Shown here: positions 8,815-16,470 of the stretch, in pieces
How the letters are laid out: each line of letters starts with the position of its first letter
How positions within the stretch are numbered: the stretch's first letter is position 1
Source of the DNA: a virus
Taxonomy: Duplodnaviria > Caudoviricetes
Direction: 5' to 3' (one strand)
Length of the DNA: 27,431 nt
IMG/VR virus record: IMGVR_UViG_3300036823_000215
Span: 1 to 27,431 of that record
Notes under the pieces: model-generated
What the model was told of the DNA's origin: nothing
Seen by the model: the letters and a program-made list of their open reading frames with translations, nothing else
Databases searched by the model: none
Program-made: the position numbers and the translations under genes

Positions 8815-10689
8815 TTATGGGAGCTTTCGTTCTGCCGGCGTCAAAAACAGATCGTCAACCGCGAACACCGTCGACTGCGGACCGTAGTCGATCAGTTTTA
8901 AAGATCGAAGGGAGCTCAGGTTTTTCTCAAAGCCGGAGGACTTGGCGGAAACGTTGCAGGCCTCGGCGAGCTCCTCGCGCGTCATTGGCTCGCCTCGCTG
9001 CGCCAAAAGCTCGCGCATAATGTTGGCCTGTGAGCTGCTCAGCATGCTAGCGATCTGGCGATGCAAGCCGTCCTCATTCACCGCTTGAGTGACGGGTACG
9101 AGCTTGCGGCCCTCTTCAGTTAGAAACAGCGTGCTGCCGGCGCCGTAGTCGATGAAGCCGCGTGTCCTGAGCGTGGAGAGATTCTTTTCGAAGCCGCTCG
9201 ATTTGGGACTTACGCCGGCCAGAAATGCTGCCCACGTCCGAGTTAAAACCGGACGCCCGATGGCAATCCCATTGCCGATGGCCTGAAGGATTGCGCTTTG
9301 GCTGGCCGAGAGGCCGTCACGATCACCCGCGGGGAGAGCTGGCTTGGGAAGGGAATTCGTGCGCGTATCTGAGTGGGTGTGCGGAGCCGGGATGGGTGCG
9401 CGTCTGTTTGCGGATGAAACTGGAGCTGGAACTGACTTGAGTGTTGCAAGCGCTGCCTCGACCCGCTGGGACGGTTTAGGGAGCACCCAAGCGGCCGAAT
9501 TCATGATCTCTGAGGTGGCATCATTCAGGCGTCGGCGGACTTCCTCTTTGCGCTGATCAAGAAATCCCTGAGCTTCCGCCAAAAGCTCGGCTCGTATTTT
9601 GGCGATCTCCTGCGGATCGGCCCTCGTGGGAGTGGGGACGGCCGCGGCTGCAGTCGGGACGACCTTGCGAGTCTTCTCTTGGGCGAGTTCGTGGCGTAGC
9701 TGGATAACCGTCTGCTTTAGTGCCTTGGGATCATCCTCCCTGGCGCGCTCGATAGTTTCCTTCATGCGCTCGGTATATTTCGCCAGATCCGGAGCAGCGC
9801 CCCTGCCGGACACCTTGCGTCCGTGTTCGCCTGGCTTTGGCGTGGAGCTCGAATCAAACGTCTCTCGAGCGCGCATTGGGACGACAGCCTCGATCTGCAG
9901 CCATCCGGGGGAGACGACCAGCGCCGTACCGCGGGGAAGCGATCGCAGCTGTTCGACGTAGCCTTTGATCTTTTCCTTCGGCGCGTGTTCACCCAGCCAA
10001 TCCATGACGGCCGCGACGGAGTTTGGGCCTACGGTGCGAAAGGCGATCATGACGTCTGCAAGTTCCGCAACGTCCTTGTTGAGGCGTGCACTGCGCTGCG
10101 TGAGGAGTCCCACGCCGATACCTACATTGCGGCCTTCTTCGACAATCGTGGCCCAGGTGCTCAGGCACTTCGCGGCGTCGACCTCGCCTTGGCGGATGGT
10201 TTGCGGCATGAAACGCGCGGCTTCATCGATCAACTGAAAGATAGGTTCGTGGCGCTTGCCGTCGATAAGGCTGCCCTGCAGCTGGTAGAGGCGCTTGCCG
10301 TAATCGTTGACGAAGCGGACACGCTCGCCTACACCCCACATCTCGCCAGAGCGCTTTCGTGAAAAGTCGATGATGACGTTGACGCTCTCGTTTACGACCA
10401 GGTCGGCCACAACCGTGCCGCCTGTCGGCTCGATCGGGATGTCGCCATGTGGGCCGCCAAGAATCAGACACTCGATGCCGCTGCCCCTGCCGTCGGCGGA
10501 ATAGCGCAGGCCCCAGAGGACACCCATCGGATCGAGAGCAGACCAGCGGAGACCGTTCTTGGAGAGCTCTTCGAGAAATACGGCGCCGGAGTTGGACTTG
10601 CCCATCCCTTTGCCGCCGTAGGTCAAGATGGTTGATGTCACAGCGTCTTCGGGAAACGAGAACCCTGGAGAGACTTTCAAGCGAGCCAT
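8815..10689 (-). CDS. HerA/FtsK-superfamily (DUF87-like) ATPase with two C-terminal winged-helix repeats
   Basis: Walker A GGKGMGKS, Walker B FQLIDEA, EEGRNVGIGVGLLTQR, a coiled-coil linker, then two KSSGFEKNLS(T/S)LR...IDYG repeats. Confidence 0.8.
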   Translation of the reverse strand: MARLKVSPGFSFPEDAVTSTILTYGGKGMGKSNSGAVFLEELSKNGLRWSALDPMGVLWGLRYSADGRGSGIECLILGGPHGDIPIEPTGGTVVADLVVNESVNVIIDFSRKRSGEMWGVGERVRFVNDYGKRLYQLQGSLIDGKRHEPIFQLIDEAARFMPQTIRQGEVDAAKCLSTWATIVEEGRNVGIGVGLLTQRSARLNKDVAELADVMIAFRTVGPNSVAAVMDWLGEHAPKEKIKGYVEQLRSLPRGTALVVSPGWLQIEAVVPMRARETFDSSSTPKPGEHGRKVSGRGAAPDLAKYTERMKETIERAREDDPKALKQTVIQLRHELAQEKTRKVVPTAAAAVPTPTRADPQEIAKIRAELLAEAQGFLDQRKEEVRRRLNDATSEIMNSAAWVLPKPSQRVEAALATLKSVPAPVSSANRRAPIPAPHTHSDTRTNSLPKPALPAGDRDGLSASQSAILQAIGNGIAIGRPVLTRTWAAFLAGVSPKSSGFEKNLSTLRTRGFIDYGAGSTLFLTEEGRKLVPVTQAVNEDGLHRQIASMLSSSQANIMRELLAQRGEPMTREELAEACNVSAKSSGFEKNLSSLRSLKLIDYGPQSTVFAVDDLFLTPAERKLP

Positions 10690-10690
10690 T

Positions 10691-10752
10691 TCGTTGCGTA
10701 CCGCCTTCGCTCCAATTATTAAACGCCATCGCACCGATATACAAAAGAAAGT
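10691..10752 (-). repeat. 62-bp direct repeat copy 2 (promoter/leader of the ATPase gene)
   Basis: Matches 8720-8781 with one mismatch. Confidence 0.9.
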
Positions 10753-10773
10753 GTTCAGGCGTTGGAATAGGGT

Positions 10774-10811
10774 GTAACATCATCCCCATCGAACGTTGGG
10801 GATTGCGTTAC
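10774..10811. promoter_or_regulatory. Inverted repeat, putative res/crossover site of resolvase 2
   Basis: GTAAC-atc-ATCCCCA...TGGGGAT-tgc-GTTAC directly before the resolvase RBS; an analogous site is at 27060-27095. Confidence 0.55.
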
Positions 10812-10826
10812 GGAGGACTTGGGATC

Positions 10827-11534
10827 ATGGCGAATGGCAAGTTTGTCAGCTATCTGCGCGTTTCGACGGCGCGGCAGGGCGCGAGCGGTCTCGGGCTCGA
10901 GGCTCAGCGTGAAGCCGTGAGCCGGTACATGAACGGCGGCAACTGGATGCTCGTCAGGGAAGTGGTCGAGGTTGAGAGCGGCAAGCGCAACGATCGCCCA
11001 GCGATCGCTGAAGCGGTTCGGCTGTGCCGGATCCACCGTGCAACTCTCGTCATCGCGAAGTTGGACCGCCTGGCTCGCAACCTGCATTTCATCTCCGGGC
11101 TAATGGAATCGGGCATCAGCTTCATTGCTGTAGACAATCCATCGGCGAATGAGCTAACCGTGCACATCTTGGCCGCGGTTGCGCAGAGTGAGGCGAAGGC
11201 TATTTCGGAACGAACGAAGGCGGCTCTGGCTGCGGCAAAGGCGCGTGGAGTGAAGCTCGGAGGCCTGCGCGGCCCAGCTGCTGAATTTGCAGCGCTCAGT
11301 AAGAAGGGAAGTGCCGCCGGCGCGGCTGTGCGGGCAGCTAAAGCCGCTAAGCGTACCGAGGATCTGTTACCAGTGATCAGCTACATTTTTGAACGCGGGA
11401 CCAGGTCACTGCGCGCGATTGCGGCGGATCTCAATGCGCGGGGAATTGAAACGCCGCGCGGCGTCGGCGAGTGGTTTCCAACTCAAGTGCAGCGAGTCCT
11501 CGCGAAGATGCCCCACCCGCCAGCTATGGCCTGA
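10827..11534 (+). CDS. Serine resolvase/recombinase (intact, 235 aa)
   Basis: MANGKFVSYLRVST contains the catalytic Ser; AKLDRLARN; GGAGG RBS. Confidence 0.95.
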   Translation: MANGKFVSYLRVSTARQGASGLGLEAQREAVSRYMNGGNWMLVREVVEVESGKRNDRPAIAEAVRLCRIHRATLVIAKLDRLARNLHFISGLMESGISFIAVDNPSANELTVHILAAVAQSEAKAISERTKAALAAAKARGVKLGGLRGPAAEFAALSKKGSAAGAAVRAAKAAKRTEDLLPVISYIFERGTRSLRAIAADLNARGIETPRGVGEWFPTQVQRVLAKMPHPPAMA

Positions 11535-11542
11535 GAGCGTGA

Positions 11543-12652
11543 TCAGCTGGCTTTGCGCAGCTTCTTCGTTGGCTTCTGTGTCTTGCGGGCTTCCTCGCGT
11601 TTGTGTCGTACGGAGGCCAGATGAGCATGGGCCTGCGAGCAATACATCTTGCGGCTATCCGACGACTCGAACGTGTTGTCGCAATCTTTCAGCGCACAAA
11701 CCTGAAGGTCGCATCCGCGCAGCTTGTCTACGTAGATGGTAGCCAGAATTGCATCGAGCGGGGTAGTCGCGAAGATTTCTGCGATGAGCTTCTGTTTGAG
11801 TTCTGGGGTTCCGCGAGCTTTGTCCATTTTGCGGTGCTTGAAAAGTGACTGAGTAAAATGCCAGCCGCGAGAGTCGGGAATGCGCGATTCAGGGGTTGGG
11901 AAGCTTTTTTCGACGGTTGAGCAGATTTCTTCGATATCCGCGCGTGACAGATACATGTCTCTCCGAATCACGATCTGCGGGGGGATTCCCTGCATCAACT
12001 GGTAAGTCTCATCCGAGGCACCTGAAATTAATTCGGAGACGTCTTCCTCGTATACCTTGTGGTAAAGAAGGAAATCTTCGTCGCGGCTAACTCCACGTTT
12101 GCCCAGATGGGGAAACCCTCCCAGCCATCCTGCCAACGGATCGGTGCGACGTAAAGCACGCACCATCCTTTGCCATTCTTTCAATTCCGACCATGTCAGG
12201 AGCCAGAGGTCACTGGGCTCGTCTCGCAGTGTTCTGAAGGGGCAGCCGAGAGTGTTTAAAAATGCTAACGCATCTTTGGGGCTCGTAAGGTGCTCAAAGG
12301 CCGCGCGAAGTGTATAGGCGTCCCAGCTCTCGTCGAAGCTCCGCCGCGGACGATGATCATCTTTTCGCGAATAGCTTGCTCGGAATACGGGGGTACCTTC
12401 TTCGGCGCCCAGTTGGCTGTTGCTGTCATGAGTCCGCCAAAACTGTAGGCTTGCGCCGCCATGTGGTTCTGCGGCCTTAATCGCCGCCGGTGCGTCCGCG
12501 GTCGGCGGGGCGCCCCATGTTTCAAGCGTGTAACTCACCCGCTCGGCGCTGAGGAGGCGGATCCTGACTGGCATCGCGGGAAGGATCTGAGAGGCAATCT
12601 CTCTGCCTTTTGTTGCATGGACTCCGAAACGGGGTGTGCCCTGATGGCTCAT
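11543..12652 (-). CDS. Protein with C-terminal CGNR-like zinc finger, probable regulator
   Basis: VCALKDCDNTFESSDSRKMYCSQAHAHLASVRHKR followed by a basic tail; GGAGG upstream of the ATG. Confidence 0.65.
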   Translation of the reverse strand: MSHQGTPRFGVHATKGREIASQILPAMPVRIRLLSAERVSYTLETWGAPPTADAPAAIKAAEPHGGASLQFWRTHDSNSQLGAEEGTPVFRASYSRKDDHRPRRSFDESWDAYTLRAAFEHLTSPKDALAFLNTLGCPFRTLRDEPSDLWLLTWSELKEWQRMVRALRRTDPLAGWLGGFPHLGKRGVSRDEDFLLYHKVYEEDVSELISGASDETYQLMQGIPPQIVIRRDMYLSRADIEEICSTVEKSFPTPESRIPDSRGWHFTQSLFKHRKMDKARGTPELKQKLIAEIFATTPLDAILATIYVDKLRGCDLQVCALKDCDNTFESSDSRKMYCSQAHAHLASVRHKREEARKTQKPTKKLRKAS

Positions 12653-12662
12653 CTTTCCTCCT

Positions 12663-12691
12663 GTGCCATGACATGCCCATTGTCATGTCAC
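12663..12691. promoter_or_regulatory. 11-bp inverted repeat, putative operator
   Basis: GTGCCATGACA-N7-TGTCATGTCAC (1 mismatch) immediately upstream of the zinc-finger gene RBS. Confidence 0.5.
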
Positions 12692-13220
12692 CGTACTTCC
12701 GGCTGAAATATAGCACGGAGCTGGAAGAGATCAACGCGCTGAATTTCGAATTAATCGAAGCAAGGCTTTGATTGAGAGGAAAGCGGCCAAAATAGGCGCA
12801 CGGCCAAGCGCATTCCACGGCCAACACGAGGACGGGAGACGTGTGTGTCACTAGGTAAATCTCGGGCTGTTTTACACAACGCTGCAGGCGTACAGATCGC
12901 TTCGATCGCTGAGGATGAGATCGCATGTTTTGAATTTCGAGCGCGCCGCGGCGAAGTAGAGCGATTCACGAAAACGAAGAAGGGCCGGCCTGTGCTGGTC
13001 TTTCAGCTCAAGGACGGATCCGGCCATGCGGATCGGAGTTCTCGCACTGAGGGGCCTGTGCGCTTGGGATCGCCGGCGGCCCTGACGGATCGCGATGCGG
13101 AGGGAATTGCTGGATGTGGTGACGTGTCTCGCGCTCAGGTAGAGCGGTGGTTTGGCTGGGGGTTGTTGGGGAGATCTACCTGTGGTGAGCAGAAGCGGAG
13201 TTACGCTGGCATCGGAGGGA

Positions 13221-13544
13221 ATGACTGAAATGTCGAACGAAAAGGAAACACCTGAAGATATCGAGGCTGCCAATCGCTTTGAGGAAGACATGGAGCTGAT
13301 AAACCGCGGGCGCGTGGAAAGGAATTCCATCGTGCTGCCTGCATCGACTGGTTCGGTAGCGGGCGGCATCGCGACTGGCGTAGACAAGGCTGGCAACGTA
13401 TTGGGCATAAACGCGAATACCGCGCGAGAGGCGTTGCGGGCGCGCGAACTGGCAACATCCGAGCCAACCGAGACGCCCCGCGAAAAAGCGATTGCTGACT
13501 TTAAGGCATCGGTCGATTCGGAGGAAAGCGGCACGATTCAGTAG
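13221..13544 (+). CDS. Hypothetical protein (107 aa)
   Basis: GGAGGG upstream of the ATG; acidic protein with a Gly/Ala-rich segment; first gene of the plus-strand phage block. Confidence 0.65.
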   Translation: MTEMSNEKETPEDIEAANRFEEDMELINRGRVERNSIVLPASTGSVAGGIATGVDKAGNVLGINANTAREALRARELATSEPTETPREKAIADFKASVDSEESGTIQ

Positions 13545-13587
13545 GAACGAAACATTTCCGGTGATGAACCGGTGGAGGATAAAACGA

Positions 13588-15819
13588 ATGCCCTTGAGTG
13601 TGCCTGACAGCTTTGCGCCTAGTGTGAATCAGGGTGAAACGCCGATGACGCCGGCGACCGGGCCATGGGTCAGCCCAATGAGGAATTCTGCGCCGAGCTT
13701 GCTGCAGCAGACGGGACAAATGCTTTCCCAGACTGGAGAGGCCGCTGCGCGCCTGGGTAACGAGATTGTCGATCGCACGCAGGAAACTTTTGACGAAGCC
13801 AGCGTAAGAAACGCTGAAACGGCGTTTCTGGGCAACGCGAACGATATCTTAGCGCGGTATACCCGCTCCCTGGGACTGGATGCGATCAACGGCGCGGATC
13901 CGGCGAAGGCGGCCATCGTAAAGGCAAAACAGGATGCTCAGGCTGGCTTGGTCAATCCCCTTCAGGAGCGTGCGTTTGCGCAGATGGCGACTCCGCATTT
14001 GGTCGAGTTTGGAAAGCAGGTCGAAGACCATCGGATCCAGCAAAACATCCAGTACGGAACGCAGGCCGCCAACGATAGGGCGGACAGCTTAATCCAACAG
14101 GCAGCGAACGGTTATGCGGACTGGCAAAAGCCTGGCGGGACATTTGCGATAAACAAAGCCGCCGCCGTGCATGAAGCGCAGCAGGCGGCAGCGTTGCTTG
14201 GTCAGCCGGTTGACAGTCCACAGGCTCAGGCGCTGGTAAAGCAAAAAACAACAGCTCTAACGCAAGGCGTCATTATGCGGATGACGCAGAAAGAGCAGTA
14301 CCCCGAAGCGCAGCAATATCTCGATCAGGCGATTGCTGCCGGCGAGGTCGACGAACGCGCTGCGGAAGCTTTGGGAAACATGGTGATGGAGGGCCATAAC
14401 AGCCAAAAGGGTGCGTTGTTGGCAACCGCGGCGGCGCAGATTGCCGTCGGCGCGCAGGATGTGGCGCAGCAGCGACTGCTGCCTGTAACGGACGGCTCGA
14501 TCACTTCGACGATGGGCTTACCGCGATTCGACGGCCGGGTGCACGATGGCATCGATATCGCTGTTCCGGTCGGGACTAAAGTCCAAGCGCCGGCCAACGG
14601 GACCGTGAGTAAGGTCTGGAATGACGATAAGTTTGGAGGCGGCCTTTCGATGGAGATCACCTACCCAAACGGAAACGTGGAGGGTTTCGCGCACCTTGCG
14701 GTGGCGAACTACCAGCCGGGTCAGCAAGTTACTCAGGGCGCCATTGTCGCGTTGACTGGAAAGAGTGGAAATGCAACGGGTCCGGTGCTTCATTGGGCAA
14801 TGAAGGATCCGAATGGCAACTGGATTGATCCGCGCACCTCGACCCCGGCGTCGAAGAATACCGACGACCTTACGGAGCCTGAGCAGTTTGAAAAAGGCCT
14901 TGCCTACATCAACGACAGCGATGCAACGGATCGAGTGAAGGATATCGCGATCGCGAAACTGGGATCGCAATACGACCGTACGCGGACCCTTCAGAACCAG
15001 AAATACGACGAAGCTAAACAGAATGCCGTCGATTGGATGGTGCAGAACGGCAACAACTACGATGCGATGCCACCCACCCTGAAGGTTCCATTGCGTCCCA
15101 GCGACCAGCAGGGGCTGCAGGATATGCAGGACGAGGACAAGCTGGCCAAGTCCGATCTGGACACGCAGATCAAGTACTACTCGATGCCGCCGGAGCAGCG
15201 GACGCCGGCATTCGTGAAGGATAACTATCAGAACCTGAAGCCGGGTACCTTCATGAGTCTCCTGAAAAATTCAACGGAGCTGCAGCAGAACGCGGACAAT
15301 CTGCCGGAAGCGAAGGTGCAGGACACGATGTTCCGCAATGCGCTGCTCGAGAACAACTTCACTAACCTGCTCAACCCGAAGTCTGACGACGATAAGCAAA
15401 AGGTGTTACAGATGCGAGGAAGCGTCGATGACCTTGCGACTTCGATGCAAACGGCTCTGGGGCGAAAGCTGAGGCCTGATGAATGGCAGAACGTGCTCAA
15501 CAGCCAGTTGAAAAACGATGTCTTTGTGGAGCGGGCACGCATTCTACCGTGGGCCGCGATCGGAAAGATGGCGATAGGTAAGACGCCGCTCATTAACCAG
15601 GATGACTTGCACTATGGCCAGCAGCGGCCACTCTCGCAGGTAGCTCCCGCGGATCTCGGTAAGACCTACGTGATGTCGGGCGGCCAAAAGGTGTACCTGG
15701 CGGATATCCCGCCGAGTCGCAAGATGCAATACGAGCTGAGCAGATTTAAGAACGGACTTCCCATCTCGGAGCAGGGCATCGCGGACGATTGGGTGCACTT
15801 CGGCATGCCGAAGCAGTGA
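13588..15819 (+). CDS. Phage internal virion/ejection-type protein with an M23 peptidase domain
   Basis: GGAGG RBS; Ala/Gln-rich helical body; M23 motifs HDGIDIAVPVGTKVQAPANGTV, FAHL and TGKSGNATGPVLHW at ~14470-14832. The M23 call is firm; the virion role is inference. Confidence 0.75.
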   Translation: MPLSVPDSFAPSVNQGETPMTPATGPWVSPMRNSAPSLLQQTGQMLSQTGEAAARLGNEIVDRTQETFDEASVRNAETAFLGNANDILARYTRSLGLDAINGADPAKAAIVKAKQDAQAGLVNPLQERAFAQMATPHLVEFGKQVEDHRIQQNIQYGTQAANDRADSLIQQAANGYADWQKPGGTFAINKAAAVHEAQQAAALLGQPVDSPQAQALVKQKTTALTQGVIMRMTQKEQYPEAQQYLDQAIAAGEVDERAAEALGNMVMEGHNSQKGALLATAAAQIAVGAQDVAQQRLLPVTDGSITSTMGLPRFDGRVHDGIDIAVPVGTKVQAPANGTVSKVWNDDKFGGGLSMEITYPNGNVEGFAHLAVANYQPGQQVTQGAIVALTGKSGNATGPVLHWAMKDPNGNWIDPRTSTPASKNTDDLTEPEQFEKGLAYINDSDATDRVKDIAIAKLGSQYDRTRTLQNQKYDEAKQNAVDWMVQNGNNYDAMPPTLKVPLRPSDQQGLQDMQDEDKLAKSDLDTQIKYYSMPPEQRTPAFVKDNYQNLKPGTFMSLLKNSTELQQNADNLPEAKVQDTMFRNALLENNFTNLLNPKSDDDKQKVLQMRGSVDDLATSMQTALGRKLRPDEWQNVLNSQLKNDVFVERARILPWAAIGKMAIGKTPLINQDDLHYGQQRPLSQVAPADLGKTYVMSGGQKVYLADIPPSRKMQYELSRFKNGLPISEQGIADDWVHFGMPKQ

Positions 15820-15848
15820 GCGTTTGGCAGGGTAAATTCTTCAGTGCG

Positions 15849-15875
15849 GGCGACCTCTCGGGTCGCCTTTTTATT
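15849..15875 (+). terminator. Rho-independent terminator
   Basis: GGCGACC-tctcg-GGTCGCC followed by TTTTTATT. Confidence 0.75.
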
Positions 15876-15938
15876 GGAGCCTCGGTCGATCAGCTTATTC
15901 CACGGGGATTTCGAACCTTACGTTTCAGGAGCCTTTTC

Positions 15939-16391
15939 ATGAGTGCAACACTGTCGCTCGTCACGCAGCAGCCGAACTCGGAAGAGTTCATGGACGCACG
16001 GAGGCCGGGCTTTTGCTGGCAAGATAACGAACTCTACGACGTTTACCAACCCATCATTGGGGCCCATGGCGTGGTGCTGTACGCGAACCTCTCCAGAAAG
16101 GCTCACGGCGACGAGTGCAGCTACTCGTTGAGAATTCTGGCGGCTGAAACCGGTTTGGATGTGGTGACGATCCAGCGATTGCTGGCGATGCTGGCGACCA
16201 TTGGCATGGTGCGGATGACGTCGGGAGTGTGCGGATCGGTGGACGGAACATTGGATCTGGTCGACCTGAAAGACCTGGCGGAGGCTCACGGAGCGCAGCC
16301 GGTTCAGAACCGGAGATCGCACGTTTTGTCAGCGGAGAGAGCGGAGGAACTGCGTCGGCAATGCGAGGCGCTGATGCAGGCGCGATCGTAG
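15939..16391 (+). CDS. Winged-HTH protein resembling the N-terminus of phage replication initiators
   Basis: IIGAHGVVLYANLSRKA...YSLRILAAETGLDVVTIQRLLAMLATIGMV; AGGAG RBS. Confidence 0.7.
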   Translation: MSATLSLVTQQPNSEEFMDARRPGFCWQDNELYDVYQPIIGAHGVVLYANLSRKAHGDECSYSLRILAAETGLDVVTIQRLLAMLATIGMVRMTSGVCGSVDGTLDLVDLKDLAEAHGAQPVQNRRSHVLSAERAEELRRQCEALMQARS

Positions 16392-16410
16392 CGCGTCCGG
16401 GAGAGATCTG

Positions 16411-16435
16411 GGGCGACCTTTTGGGTCGCCCTTTC
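16411..16435 (+). terminator. Terminator-like hairpin, paralogous to 15849
   Basis: GGGCGACC-ttttg-GGTCGCCC-TTTC; weaker U-tract. Confidence 0.55.
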
Positions 16436-16470
16436 CATTTAGAAAACCACTTACGTTTCACGGAGCCTTT

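Noticed and set aside
10449-10826. N-terminal extension of resolvase 2
   Set aside because: Overlaps the ATPase gene and its promoter; the RBS and the paralogue support the start at 10827.
12845-13534. 127-aa plus and 220-aa minus ORFs
   Set aside because: No motifs or good RBS; the minus ORF shadows 13221-13544.
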